From Candidatus Bathyarchaeota archaeon (GTDB taxonomy: Archaea > Thermoproteota > Bathyarchaeia > Bathyarchaeales > Bathycorpusculaceae): 64,000 nt of DNA. Positions within the stretch are counted from its first letter, which is position 1; every line of letters begins with the position of its first letter. Under the pieces are notes generated by a model, which made no database searches, was not told where the DNA came from, and worked only from the letters and a program-made list of their open reading frames with translations. Below, piece after piece: positions 1 to 11,797 of the stretch. The stretch spans positions 960,001 to 1,024,000 of the forward strand of contig OY970340.1 in assembly GCA_963717465.1 (NCBI GenBank). The letters run 5' to 3'. The position numbers and the translations under genes were made by a program.

Positions 1-1198
1 CATTCTGAATTAGTGGCGCAGGTTTATTGAGATCCTGAACTAATTCGTAAAAAGTGGCCGGTTGTAATTTTTCTATTACCTCAAAGATTTCCCTTTCGTA
101 TTTTTCAAGTTTGGCATTTTTTGCACTGTGGGCTATTAAGAAATCAGTGCATTTACTTGACCCTATTTTTTCAGCTAATTTCGGATACTTTTTAGCGGCA
201 AGGCACAGCGGGATTACCCTTTCGGGACCAGCCCATACGTAACCGTTGTTTATCCAGATTCGGCTGTCCCCTGCTAAACCAATAGTTCTCATGGATAAGG
301 CTTTCACGCGTGTTTTCCAGCCTCCTACCGAGGCTCCTTCAGGGTCTATTTGGCAGTTACCATCCATAACCATTCCAATGTCAGTGGATGTACCTCCGAT
401 ATCAACAACAATGTAATCTTTAAGTTTTGATAAAACTCCTGCTCCCACGGCGCTTGCAGCTGGTCCCGAGAGCAATGTTTCTACTGGTCTTTCGCGTGCA
501 ACTGCTTCGCTTGTTAGTGAACCGTCGCTTCTTACAACCATGAGGGGTGCATTGATGTCTCTTTCAATGAGGCTCATTTTCATTTTATCTATGAATTCTT
601 TAATTATTGGAAGTAATCTAGCGTTAAGGTATGCTGTTGTAGTCCTTTCGTGCATACCGAGTTGAGGCGACATTTCGTGACCACAGACAACGGGCAGTCC
701 TGTCATTTCTTTAATTATTTTTCTAGTCCTTATTTCGTGCTCTGGGTTTCTGCAGCCGAAGTAGGCTGAAACTGCAAATGCTTTAACTTTGCTTGCCATA
801 GCTTCTACGGCTGATCTGACCGCTTGTTCATCTAAGGGCTCTAATGCCTCACCCATGAGGTCATGACCGCCACCCTTCACGAAAGCTTTCTCGATTTGCA
901 ACTCTTTTGTGGCTTCTGGTTGATAGCCGATTAGTATTGTGCCTACATTCCAGCCTTTGTTTTGGAGTATGGAGTTTGTGGCAAGTGTTGTGGAGACTGA
1001 AACAAGCTTAATCTCCTCGCCTTTAACGTGGCCTTGCCCGAACGCGTTATTGATAGAATTGATTATGCCTATTGAAAGGTCGTATGGAGTTGTGCTGGCT
1101 ATTCCTGTTTCAATAATTTCGCCTGTTTCAATATCTAAAATTACGGTTTGAGTGTTTGAACCGCCAGTATCTATCCCCATTCCAAAGTTTTTCGGCAT
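1..1198 (-). CDS. Hydantoinase/oxoprolinase family protein (runs off the window start)
   Basis: Manual translation from ATG 1198: MPKNFGMGIDTGGSNT...VSTTLATNS...LLSGPAASAVGA...VVDIGGTSTD. Confidence 0.85.
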   Translation of the reverse strand, partial: MPKNFGMGIDTGGSNTQTVILDIETGEIIETGIASTTPYDLSIGIINSINNAFGQGHVKGEEIKLVSVSTTLATNSILQNKGWNVGTILIGYQPEATKELQIEKAFVKGGGHDLMGEALEPLDEQAVRSAVEAMASKVKAFAVSAYFGCRNPEHEIRTRKIIKEMTGLPVVCGHEMSPQLGMHERTTTAYLNARLLPIIKEFIDKMKMSLIERDINAPLMVVRSDGSLTSEAVARERPVETLLSGPAASAVGAGVLSKLKDYIVVDIGGTSTDIGMVMDGNCQIDPEGASVGGWKTRVKALSMRTIGLAGDSRIWINNGYVWAGPERVIPLCLAAKKYPKLAEKIGSSKCTDFLIAHSAKNAKLEKYEREIFEVIEKLQPATFYELVQDLNKPAPLIQN

Positions 1199-1232
1199 CT
1201 TCAAACCCACTTTACATTGAGCTAAGATGTTG

Positions 1233-1874
1233 TTAAGCCTTTGTTAGCCTAACACCCATATCAAATGCTTTCTTGCAGTCTAATGGAAAGACTTCTCTGC
1301 GTGTTTTTGTTTTATCCTCCACATCGAAATCATGGACATATTTTGAGTAATCGTTAAATTGGTAAGTGTTCACGACCACGAGCGATTCAGAAGCTCCACC
1401 AAATTGTCTGCTAAGCATCGCTTCATTAATCATTATTTGTTTGTCAAGTCCGAATAATTCTATCCTCTCTTCCGTACTGCCCATAGTGTAAATAAAGCCG
1501 CAATTTAATTTTTTAGGAGCAAGCGACTGATCCGACCCGTAAACCAAGTATGGGAACAATAATCGCTCAATAAAAGACCTCATCTCGCCAGACACTACTC
1601 CAATGTACACGGGGGAACCTAAAATCAATGCGTCTGCTTGTGCAACTTTTTCCAAAACCGGCGTCAAATCATCTTTATAAGCGCAACGCCCATAACTTTT
1701 TCCACCTTTGAGTTTGCAGGCAAAACAACTTGTGCAACCTTTAAAGTTCAAGTCGTAAAGGTGAATCAGCTCGGTTTGTGCTCCCGTCGAAGCGGCGCCC
1801 TCAAGAGCCTTGTTCAGCAAAGTCGCAGTATTCCAGGTTTTCCTTGGACTGCCATTAATGGCTATTACTTTCAT
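1233..1874 (-). CDS. Flavodoxin-like iron-sulfur flavoprotein / NADPH-dependent FMN reductase
   Basis: INGSPRK..NT, CTSCFAC..C motif, GSPVY. Confidence 0.85.
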   Translation of the reverse strand: MKVIAINGSPRKTWNTATLLNKALEGAASTGAQTELIHLYDLNFKGCTSCFACKLKGGKSYGRCAYKDDLTPVLEKVAQADALILGSPVYIGVVSGEMRSFIERLLFPYLVYGSDQSLAPKKLNCGFIYTMGSTEERIELFGLDKQIMINEAMLSRQFGGASESLVVVNTYQFNDYSKYVHDFDVEDKTKTRREVFPLDCKKAFDMGVRLTKA

Positions 1875-1964
1875 TTTTATCACTTTACTTTGCTAGCGCT
1901 AAAAACATTATTTAAACCTATGTTAGATAACGTTTTTAACAATAGACATTTATGCTCTACAGGG

Positions 1965-3226
1965 ATGCATAGATTGGTTAAGCTAAAAGGATTCCAGAAA
2001 CTAACTTCTGTTGACGAAGCATTAAGCGTTTGGCTCGGTAAGCTTCAGGTGGAAAAACCTGTTGCGATTACGGTTCCGCTGAAAGAAGCTTTAGGTGGAG
2101 TTTTAGCTAAGGATTTAATTGCGGAAGATAATTTGCCGCGTTTTGATAGGTCCGCTATGGATGGTTATGCTGTTAAGTCTGAATACGCAGTTGGTGCATC
2201 ACAGTTTAAACCTGCAATTTTTAAAATTACTGAAGCGCAAGAGGTTAAAGTAAAAGAGGCCAAGCAAGTTTGGACGGGTAATCCGATACCGAAAGGTGCT
2301 GATGCAGTTGTTATGGTTGAGAACACTCGTAAGCGTGATGGGGAATTGGAAGTTTGGACGCCGCTTGCAGTAGATGAGAACGTATCAAGAAAAGGAGAAG
2401 ATGTCAAAAAAGGCGAAGTTATTGCAAAGGCTGGAACCCGTTTGAATCCATACCATATTGGTTTGGCTGCTGCACTTGGTGACAGTCAAGTTAGTGTTGC
2501 AAAAAAACCCATAATCAGCCATTGTTGCAACTGGAAACGAACTTGCAGAAGTAGGCTCTGAACCGTTGGCTGGTCAAATTTATGATTCAAATAAAGTCAT
2601 GCTTTCCGCTATGTGCTTAGGAATTAGGTGCTGAACCGCTTGATTTAGGCATAGTAAAAGATGATTTGGAAGAAATTATATCGAAAATCAAGGAAGCCTT
2701 GAAGGTTTCTGATGCGGTCATTACCACAGGTGGAACCAGTGTTGGAGGTTTAGATTTAGTGCCTGATGCTGTAAACAAGATTGGTAAACCTGGTGTTGTT
2801 GCTCACGGGTTAGCCTTAAAACCTGCAATGCCCACAGGAGTCGGCATATTAGATGATAAACCAATCATGATTCTGTCAGGTAACCCAGTGGCATCAATTA
2901 TCGGTTTTGAAGTATTTGGCAGACCATTAATCTCCAGAATGCTGGGAATGGAAAAAGAAGAACCAAGACCAGTTCTAAAAGCCGTCATGACAAGAAAAAT
3001 AGCCACTACCTTGGGCAGAAAAACCTTTGTTCGCGTTAACGTGTCTGAGAAAAACGGTGAATTAGTCGCAGAACCTGTCAGTGCAAAGGGTTCAGGCGCC
3101 ATATCCACCATGACAAGGGGTAACGGGTTTATTATAGTTCCAGAAAGCAGGGAAGGCGTAGGAGAAGGCGAAACAGTAACCGTTCACATGTATGGTCTGG
3201 TGGAGGCTACAAAACAGAATGTTTAG
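1965..3226 (+). CDS. moeA: Molybdopterin molybdenum/tungsten transferase MoeA (1), frameshifted near 2500-2660
   Basis: PRFDRSAMDGYAV, TGNPIPKGADAVVMVE, TTGGTSVG across ORFs 1638..2561 and 2666..3226. Confidence 0.9.
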
Positions 3227-4464
3227 GAAGCTAATGACGGTTGATGAAGCAAAAAAAACTATTGACAGTTATTTTAAACCCACAATTTTAGGCGATGAAT
3301 ATGCCCCTTTAATAGAGGCTTACAATCGAGTTTTAAACGAAGATGTAACTTCTTCTCTTGATATTCCCCCGTTTAACCGTTCAACCGTTGACGGTTACGC
3401 AGTTAAGGCTGAGGATACTTTTGGAGCAGAAGAAAATAAACCTGCAAAATTAAAGATTGTTGGTTCCGTGGTTATCGGAGAAACTCCAAAAGTAGTTGTA
3501 AAAAAAGGTGAAACTGCGGAAATCGTAACTGGCGCACCCATTCCTGAAGGCGCAGATGCAGTTGTTATGGTAGAGGACACAGAGAGAAAAGATGATTACC
3601 TGCAAGTTTTTTCCTCAGTAACCAAGAATGCGAACATCCAAAAGAAAGGCTCAGACATCAAGAATGGAGAAAAAGTGCTTAAGATCAGGGCAGGTTTTAG
3701 GGACATCAGAAATCGGAGTTATAGCTGCTTTAGGTCTAACTAAAGTTAAGGTTCTTAAAGCTCCAATAGTTGCAGTTATTTCAACTGGTGGAGAAGTAAC
3801 TGAACTTGGAAAAGAATTGCCTGCAGGAAAAATCTATGACATTAACGCCTACAGCGTAAGCGCTGCAGTAATTGAGAGTGGGGGAAAACCAGTTTATTTG
3901 GCGCAGTTCCATGATGATAAGGCTGCATTGACGAAGGCTTTGGAGTCTGCTTTGGCTTCCTGCTGATGTTGTAATTACTTCGGGCGGCGTTTCTGTTGGT
4001 CCCAAGGATTTTACTCCGCAAGTTTTAGATTCGCTTGGTAAACCTGGCGTTGTTGTTTGCGGTGTTGCTTTAAAGCCTGGGAAACCAACGACTGTTGCGT
4101 TTGTTAACGGTAAACCTGTTATTTCGTTGCCTGGTCACCCAACGTCTGCATTGCTTGTTTTCCATTTGTTCGCTAAACAAATTATTCAGCGGTTAGCAGG
4201 TAGATTTTCAGCGCAAGACAAGGTTGTGAAGGCAGTGGCTGGTTCAAGAATGTTTTCAGCCAAGGGTAGACGAACTTTTGTTATGGTAAAGTTAACTCGT
4301 GACAAGAACAATCGATTGGTAGCTGAACAAGTTGAATCGGGCCGTCAGGAGCTATAACGACACTTGCTAAAGCAGATGGATTTGTCGAGGTTGCAGAAAA
4401 CAACCAGTTTATCGACGCTGACGAAGAAGTTGATGTCGTATTGCTCAGAGATGTCCAGATTTAG
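3219..4464 (+). CDS. moeA: MoeA (2), several frameshifts
   Basis: PPFNRSTVDGYAV, TGAPIPEGADAVVMVE, ISTGGE, LPGHPTSA spread over three or more frames. Confidence 0.9.
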
Positions 4465-4818
4465 TCAGGCTTGCCAGTTTTTAAATACTGCAAAATAAAC
4501 TGTGAAAACCCATACTAATACCACGTAAACGATTAAGCCTATACTTATTTCCCAATTAGTAAAGCCAGTTGCGAATACAGTGTACAATGAAAGCACAGTG
4601 GACAAGATGAATAAGATTGCAATCAACCATTTTGCCCAAACTGCTTTTGCTTGAATGCCGTACACAGTTATGATGCTTAAAACTCCTATTAACGCAACAT
4701 GCGGAGGATAATTGGAAAAGGGCAGCAAAGCGAAAAGCAGAATTCCAGTTACTATATAGAATACTTTAGCTGCTAAATCTGCTTTGTTAGCTGATTTAAG
4801 TTTGGACACTAAGGACAC
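4465..4818 (-). CDS. Hypothetical membrane protein (about 4 TM)
   Basis: 117-aa hydrophobic ORF filling the gap. Confidence 0.65.
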   Translation of the reverse strand: MSLVSKLKSANKADLAAKVFYIVTGILLFALLPFSNYPPHVALIGVLSIITVYGIQAKAVWAKWLIAILFILSTVLSLYTVFATGFTNWEISIGLIVYVVLVWVFTVYFAVFKNWQA

Positions 4819-4937
4819 AAGTATTCGCCTTTACCATAAGCATAAGAGTTGAATTTTATAAATTTGATGCTTACAAATCTCCATTATTTTTTTTGAAAAC
4901 ACTTTTCCTTACTGTTTCAGAGATTAAAGAGCGAAAT

Positions 4938-5459
4938 CTAAATTTTTGTAGCCAAATCAGTCATTTGCTGGACAAACTTTTTTATGTTCTCAGGCTGACC
5001 GTAAATTACTAATCGCCCATCCTTCTGTTTGTCAAAGAACAGGTTTTGCTCCTTAGCCAGTTCTTCAAGTTTCCCAACAGGGATACTTTCAATCGGTTCC
5101 ACTCGAATCCATTTTTGATCCCTTGGAACACCGGAAACAAATTTGTCTGCCTTATTTTTTTCTTTAAGCTGGGGATTTTCAACAGTAGTGTTTGCTTCCT
5201 CAATTTTTTTTAATAATTCGTCTGCTTTTTCTTGACCGAGCTTCTTTTGGATTTCCGTGATCAAATATCCTTCAACGTTATTGAGGTATTCCTCAACTTT
5301 CAAAATAGTTTCACCTGAACTATCCTTGTTCTCCAACAAAACAATCATTTGCTTAGCAGACCTTAAATCTTCCATAATATTTGTAGGTATGGCTACACTC
5401 TCTTTTTTAAGTTCAATCATCATGCTTTCAAGAGTTTTCCATACTTCCGCGTAACCCAT
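4938..5459 (-). CDS. DUF2096 family protein
   Basis: WKTLESMMIELKK..IP..IMEDLRSAK; C-terminal GVPRDQKWIRV. Confidence 0.7.
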   Translation of the reverse strand: MGYAEVWKTLESMMIELKKESVAIPTNIMEDLRSAKQMIVLLENKDSSGETILKVEEYLNNVEGYLITEIQKKLGQEKADELLKKIEEANTTVENPQLKEKNKADKFVSGVPRDQKWIRVEPIESIPVGKLEELAKEQNLFFDKQKDGRLVIYGQPENIKKFVQQMTDLATKI

Positions 5460-5522
5460 AACAATCCCTGAAAATTTAATCATCCTTGATGTATAAAGAA
5501 CTATTGTTGCCAACAACGCAAT

Positions 5523-5889
5523 TTATTCAAAGGTTTTAGAAACTTCATGTTTGTTTGTTAGGTTACCCAGTAAGAGTAGACTTGCAAGTTTTTGCCCAAA
5601 TTCTTTCTTGAGAAATTCCTTGATATCTTGATCTTCTATTGCAGCGAGTTCCAGAAGTGTCCTCATGTATTGGGATTCCTGTTTCTCTAAGCCTTTCACC
5701 TTTTGGAAAATCAACGTAAACATAATAATTATCGGCTGGAATAATCAACCGCAAACATGTAAATTCCCGCGTTGTCGCTTTTGAAATTCCGGCATGTTCA
5801 ATATTGTAAACTATTGTTTTTGGTTTAATTTCTTTTACTAATCGTTTGAATTCTTCCCATTTGTCTAAGCGCACGTATCTATCGCTCAA
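5523..5889 (-). CDS. Hypothetical protein, frameshifted
   Basis: ORFs 5563..5889 and 5523..5723 join into one protein; start overlaps the thymidylate synthase stop. Confidence 0.55.
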
Positions 5890-6654
5890 CTAGAAAACCT
5901 TGTTTTCTCTTCTTTCTCCTGCATCGTCTTTGCAATGCGAAGATTAGAATTAGCTTTCGGTTCCACCAATTGACTAACCAGTTTAAACTGCCTCTCGTAA
6001 ACATGGCAATTTTTAGAATGAAAGATAAGTTTTCCAGTCTTTATTTCGAGATTTCCGCGTTCATTAATCTCAGATACAAGAGACTTCGTTAAACAATTGT
6101 AAACCTGCAATGTTAGCAGGTAATCCAGCATAAGCATCCCATGACCTGAAATAACACGTTAAATTCATTTGCCCATCAAGAATCTCAGTGTCTACTAAAC
6201 TTAAACATGGCGGCTCATGTTTTTCTTTGGTTTCCATGTTAACTTTGCGGATATCTTCGGGAAATCTTACCACCATTGTTACTTGCCTATCACGTTGCTC
6301 TTTCACATAGCGCTTGATAGCTTCTTCAACTTGATCCACCGGTTCACGAAGTCGACTGCCGTACGTGTAAGTTTCATCTTGTTTGCCTTCACCCGTCCAC
6401 AAATATGTCAAAGCGTACCATTGAACATACTTCATGTCGCAAGGCGCCTTATCACTAACCAGCGGACGATTTTCGGGATGAGCAATCTCCAGAGTCAGAT
6501 TCAACTTTTTCGTCTTCGTTTCCTCTGAACCATATCCGACTTGAAAAAGATCGCCTTCACTCCATATACTGCTTAAAGTTTTAAACCATGCATCCGGACA
6601 ATCGAACGCTGACACTTTAATATGCTTCAATGCAACCCGTTTCCCTAGCACCAA
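5886..6654 (-). CDS. thyA: Archaeal-type thymidylate synthase, frameshifted near 6085
   Basis: YTYGSRL, PPCL catalytic Cys, YFRSWD, PANIAGL; continuation IFHSKNCHVYE in the next frame. Confidence 0.8.
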
Positions 6655-6783
6655 TTACTTCATGCTTCAGAACACATAAAGTTTACCAAAACACAAAAAA
6701 AATGCTAAAGAAAAAATTAGTTTTTACGTCAGCAAACCACGCGCAAATTGTTGGATTTACTAACCAAGATTCTGGAATATACT

Positions 6784-7665
6784 TTACTCTTGTTCAAGGT
6801 TCATTGGATTGACTGTGCAGCCGGTCAGGGCTCCTCCCATGAAAGCGTAATCTACACTCAAGTCTGCACCGCTAATGTATGATGCAGCGTCGCTGTTTAG
6901 AAAAATCATTGCTTTTGCCTGCTCCTCTGGATTTGAATATCGGCCAACTGGGGAAACTAGTATGTCGGTTATCTCTGTGCCTTCCTGATTGAATGCTTCA
7001 TTGAAATCTTTAATCATAGGCGTCATCGTTGCTCCCGATGCTACTGTGTTTATTCGAATTTTCTTATTTGCTATTTCCCATGCTCGCCGTTTCACATAGT
7101 AAATTAGAGCTTCCTTGGAGAATACGTAGGATTTCTGTGGATTAGATGGGTCTTCGATTGAGTCTTTATGATTATTAAGCCAATCTACAGCTTCATCAAA
7201 TCCAGCTGTTTCATACAATTCCTTAAGTAAACCCATATGCGCCTGCCAGTTTGACCCTCCGATTGATGAGAGAATTGCTATTGCCCCATTTTCACTTAAC
7301 CTTGGCATGAGTGATTCAATTAAGTGGCGTGCACCAACAAAGTTAATCGTAGCTACTTCAGTGGGAGTGTATTCTCTTCCAGCGTACTTAATACCAGCTA
7401 CACCGGCAAAACTAAAGATTTTATCTATTCTATTTGGCAATTTTTGCACTGCCGTATCTATTGACTCTTTCTTACCCATGTTGATTGGCACCGCCTTAAG
7501 GGTTGGATCGCTAGGCGGTTTCACGTTAAACAACAGGTAGACTTCTGCTTCCATCTCTTTAAGAATCTTTACTGCTGCAGCGCCCATGCCTGAAGTGCCG
7601 CCTGTGACAACGCAAATTTTTCCTTTGTAGTTAAGAAGGTCTTCAGCCAAATTGATTTCTCCCAA
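6784..7665 (-). CDS. SDR oxidoreductase (3-alpha-HSD / coniferyl-alcohol dehydrogenase-like)
   Basis: VTGGTSGMG, AGVAG, SSIGG, YVFSK catalytic motif, ISGADLSVD. Confidence 0.85.
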   Translation of the reverse strand: MGEINLAEDLLNYKGKICVVTGGTSGMGAAAVKILKEMEAEVYLLFNVKPPSDPTLKAVPINMGKKESIDTAVQKLPNRIDKIFSFAGVAGIKYAGREYTPTEVATINFVGARHLIESLMPRLSENGAIAILSSIGGSNWQAHMGLLKELYETAGFDEAVDWLNNHKDSIEDPSNPQKSYVFSKEALIYYVKRRAWEIANKKIRINTVASGATMTPMIKDFNEAFNQEGTEITDILVSPVGRYSNPEEQAKAMIFLNSDAASYISGADLSVDYAFMGGALTGCTVNPMNLEQE

Positions 7666-7866
7666 ATTACTAATATGTTGAAATTATGCTCTCATCAACA
7701 TAAAATTTATGGTTGTTCATCCTTACTAAAAAACTATCTGAGTAGAAGTAAATTCGTTTCAAGAGTCTTTTTAGATACTTTCATGAAAACTTGCAAAATC
7801 AAATTTAGCTTAAAACAGAAACTGAAAATTAATTAAAAAATTGATAAAGAAAATGAGGGTTGGTTT

Positions 7867-9553
7867 TTAGTAGGGCATTCCACCCATTCCGCCGCCGGGC
7901 ATTCCAGGCATTCCTGGCGATATTCCTTGTGGCATGCCGCCTGGGGGTATCGGTGGCATTCTTCCGCCGCCTTTGACGCTGATTAGGTCGTCGATTTTCA
8001 GAATCATGTTTGTTGCTTCTACGGCTGATTTGATGACTTGTTGCTTAACGCGTAATGGTTCAAGAACTTTCATGTCAAACATGTTCTTGATTTTACCTGA
8101 TTCAACATCGATGCCGAAGTATTTGCTGTCTGCTTTCTCATGTTCTGCTCTTAATGCAACCATGATATCAATCGGGTCCAATCCAGCGTTTTCCGCCAAG
8201 GTCAAAGGAATTGATTCAACTGCTTCAGCAAAAGCTTCAACTGCTAATTGCTCTCGTCCACCAACTTTAACTGCGAAGCTTCGCAGGTTTTTGGCCAATT
8301 CTGCTTCTGGTGCACCACCGCCTGCAACTATCTTTCCGTCTTCTATTGCGTTTCTTACGACGCATAAGCCATCGTGTAGGGAGCGTTCTGCTTCGTCGAT
8401 TAAGTTGTTTGTTGCGCCTCTGATAACTATTGTTACTGCCTTTGGATTCTTGCAATCTCGTATGTAGACAAGTTTGTCGTCGCCGATTTTTACTTCTTCA
8501 ACTTTCTTTGCTTTTCCAAGCACATCAGGAGTTAAATCAGTTACTTGTGCAACTATTTTTCCGCCTGTTGCTCTGGCTAACTTTTCCATGTCTCCGCTGC
8601 TTATGGATTTAACTGCTAAAATACCTGCTTTGCCTAGAAAATGCTGTACCATGTCGTCAAGGCCTTTCTCGCAGAAAAGAACATTTGCACCTGACTTGAC
8701 AACTGACAGTCACCATGTCTTTGAGCATTCGCTCCTCTTCATCTAGGAACATTTTCATTTGCTCTGGGCTTTCGATGTTTATTTTTGCTTCAAACTCTGT
8801 TTTTTCAATCTCCATTTTGGCATTCAGCAAAGCGATTTTTGCGCCGTCAATGAATTTTGGCATTGTTGGAGCAGCAATTTCTTTGTCAAGCACCATGCCT
8901 TTAACAAGTTCCGTTTCATCCAAGCTTTGACCATGCTTCTTAACAACTTTTATCAAATCAATATCAGCAACATATCTGTCCTCAACTTTTTCCGAAACCT
9001 GTTTAACAGCGGTGACAATCATCTTGGCAAAATGATCTTGGGCAATGTTTATGCCCTTGCTCGATAAGGATGTAATTGCTACCGTACGCAAAGTTTCTTC
9101 GTCATCTATGTTTACTGGAATCGCTATTTTCAGTAGAATTTCTTGAGCTTTTTCACTCGCCTTTTTGTAGCCGTCTATAATGACTGTTGAATGTATATTC
9201 TTATCAAGTAAACCTTCAGCTTTTGCAAGCAGTTCTCCCGCTAAAACCACTGCTGTCGTTGTGCCGTCACCAACTTCATTGTCCTGTGCTTTTGCAACTT
9301 CAACCAGCATTTTTGCTGCCGGATGTTGAACATCCAGTTCCTTCATTATTGTTGCGCCGTCATTAGTTATTGCAACGTCGCCTGTGCTGCTGACTAACAT
9401 TTTGTCCATGCCGCATGGACCAAGTGTAGTCTTTACAGTTTCGGCAACTATTTTCGCTGCCATTATATTGTTCCTTTGGGCTTCGCGTCCTGTTGATCTG
9501 CCCGTACCTTCTTTTAAGACAAGAATTGGAACGGTTCCTCCACCTGTTGACAT
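7867..9553 (-). CDS. ths: Thermosome (group II chaperonin) subunit, frameshifted near 8700
   Basis: [30 protein letters not shown], Gly/Met/Pro-rich tail. Confidence 0.95.
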
Positions 9554-9750
9554 ATTTATCACCAAATATTTTCCTTTACAAATTCCTGTATACTAATCGT
9601 AGGAACAATTAAACCTTGAAATATAAATTTTTCCCAACAGCAATGCTGTTAAGTAAGTTACATAGCATTTCTGGAGTTCATTAAGCTTTTTGAACAAACT
9701 TTTTTTAAACAACTTTTGAATTGATATAAATTCAAAGAGCAGTTAATTGC

Positions 9751-10248
9751 TTGAAATATAAAAGAACCCAAAAAATGGCCTAAAGATTGCTATTGCCCTG
9801 CCATGTTGATGATTTTCTTGGTGCTTGATCCATTCTTTCCTACAAGCTTCTGCAAAACCAACCATCGCATTGTCATGGACCAGGCTAGGTGGATTCGCGT
9901 TTGGTTCAGGCATAAGCGGGACTTTTCTAGTTAACGCCCAAGTTTCAAGCGATGTGGTGAGAGTTGAATTCTACTTAAATGGAGGTCTTCAAGCTAATGA
10001 TACACATGCACCTTTCAACTGGATATTAGAAACAATCAATTTTCCCTTGGGCAATACAATATAACAGCGGTAGCCTACGACTCATCTGGACAGCAAGCCG
10101 CTACAACTTTAAACATAAACTTTGCATCCATTTTTATTGGATCCATATTAGCGATAGCTGCAATTTAGCAATGTTTATCGTGGCGCCAATACTTATCGTC
10201 TGGTACATTGCCAAAAAAAGCAAAAAAGTAAAGAATACTGTGAGTTAG
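9751..10248 (+). CDS. Small secreted/membrane-anchored Ig-like domain protein, frameshifted
   Basis: Signal-like N-terminus, VVRVEFYLNG..D..APFNW, ITAVAYD, C-terminal TM plus Lys-rich tail. Confidence 0.55.
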
Positions 10249-10528
10249 AAGATAGCTATTTTATTTTGACTCGTTGTTGATTCCGAATTAATTCGTTTTT
10301 ATTTTCTGTAGGTAAAGGTTGATTTCTATCTATAAATTTTACATCAGGGCAAAAGCTTTCTAAATGTAAATTTTTTAGTATTAAAAAGGCAAGATATTTG
10401 ACAATAAAGTCTCGTATTTATTTGACAATCTTTCAAAGATTATATAGAAATGTTTATCAATGAATTGCTGGGCTATATTGCGTTAGCATTGCGCTAAGAG
10501 AAGGGGAAAACAGGCAGAGTAACATAAA

Positions 10529-11797
10529 ATGAAGCTAGAAGACTTTTACTTTAAGTTGCCGTTGTTAAAAACGGATCCAATAATCGATGATAGTACACTC
10601 AGAGATGGTATTCAAATGCCTGGTTTAGCTGCAAGGCCAAAGGACTCAGCGAAAATAGCTAAGTACCTCAGCGAAATCGGCGTTGAACGCATCGAATTAT
10701 TCCATTATCAGGAACCAGATAAGAAAGCTGCTAAACTCATCCATGACTTGAACCTTGATTTAAGGGTTGCAGGATGGTGTCGAGCCGTTAAAGAGGATAT
10801 TGACAGTGCAGTAAAATGCGGCTTCAAAGAGGTCGGTATTTCTCATCCAGTTTCTGACTTGCACTTTAAGGCTAAATGGCCTGAAAAAACCCTTGATCAG
10901 ATAATGGATAATGTGATAGACGTAACTGAGTATGCAGCTAAAACTTGCGGATTAAGAACTTTTGTCCATGGAGAAGATAGTACTCGTGCTGACTGGAACT
11001 TTGAGAAGCGTTTCATTAATGAGGTTGCTAAGGCGGGTGCGGAATGCTACCGAATCTGCGATACTGTTGGAATCGGGTTATCCGATCCAAATGCAGAATT
11101 GCCCAATGGTATCCCCGCAAAAGTAAAGGCAATAAAGAAAGAAACTAAAATAAAAGCCATAGAAATTCATGCTCACGATGATTTTGGGAACGCTGTTGAA
11201 AACACGCTAGCAGCGATAAAGACCGCTTCAGGATTGTACGATAAAGTCTATGCAAGCACAACTTATCTGGGCATTGGTGAAAGAGCTGGAAACGCTGAAA
11301 CAGAAAAGGTTCTTCTAAACTTGTATTTGCACCATTCTATCAGAAAATTCGAGGGCAAAACTCACCGTCTTAAGCAAACAGCCGATTATATTGGCAAAGC
11401 CACGGGTTATGTTGTTCCTCCTAACAAGGCGATTGTTGGCGATTACGGTTTCGCGCATGAATCAGGCATTCACACTCACGGTGTATTGAATGATCCATGG
11501 ACTTACGAGCCTTATCCGCCTGAACTGGTGGGCAACAATAGACGCTTAACCATCGGCAAACAATCGGGAAAAGGCATAGTTAAACACAAAATAAAGGAGC
11601 TAACGCACGAGGTTCCAGACGATAAAATCGTGGCGTCAGTTCTGGAAAAAGTTAAGGAAATGTACGCAAACGGTAGAAGAGCTTCGCTTAAAGAAGAAGA
11701 ATTCAAAAAAATCCTAAAAGCAATGAAAGTACTAACTGAAAACAATGGCGCACCAATGAGACATAACAACTTTGTTTTCAAGTTTTTGCGGGTTTGA
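10529..11797 (+). CDS. DRE-TIM acyltransferase (Re-citrate synthase / homocitrate synthase-like)
   Basis: DSTLRDGIQ, HGEDSTRAD, RICDTVG, HAHDDFG, GIGERAGN, HESGIH. Confidence 0.8.
   Translation: MKLEDFYFKLPLLKTDPIIDDSTLRDGIQMPGLAARPKDSAKIAKYLSEIGVERIELFHYQEPDKKAAKLIHDLNLDLRVAGWCRAVKEDIDSAVKCGFKEVGISHPVSDLHFKAKWPEKTLDQIMDNVIDVTEYAAKTCGLRTFVHGEDSTRADWNFEKRFINEVAKAGAECYRICDTVGIGLSDPNAELPNGIPAKVKAIKKETKIKAIEIHAHDDFGNAVENTLAAIKTASGLYDKVYASTTYLGIGERAGNAETEKVLLNLYLHHSIRKFEGKTHRLKQTADYIGKATGYVVPPNKAIVGDYGFAHESGIHTHGVLNDPWTYEPYPPELVGNNRRLTIGKQSGKGIVKHKIKELTHEVPDDKIVASVLEKVKEMYANGRRASLKEEEFKKILKAMKVLTENNGAPMRHNNFVFKFLRV

Noticed and set aside
1638..1964. Long N-terminal extension of MoeA1
   Set aside because: Overlaps the flavoprotein gene on the other strand; the real start is about 1965-1974.
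7867..7970. Repetitive GC-rich tract
   Set aside because: Encodes the normal Gly/Met/Pro tail of the chaperonin.
7934..8467. 177-aa plus-strand ORF and similar antisense ORFs throughout
   Set aside because: Codon-mirror shadows of well-supported genes on the opposite strand.
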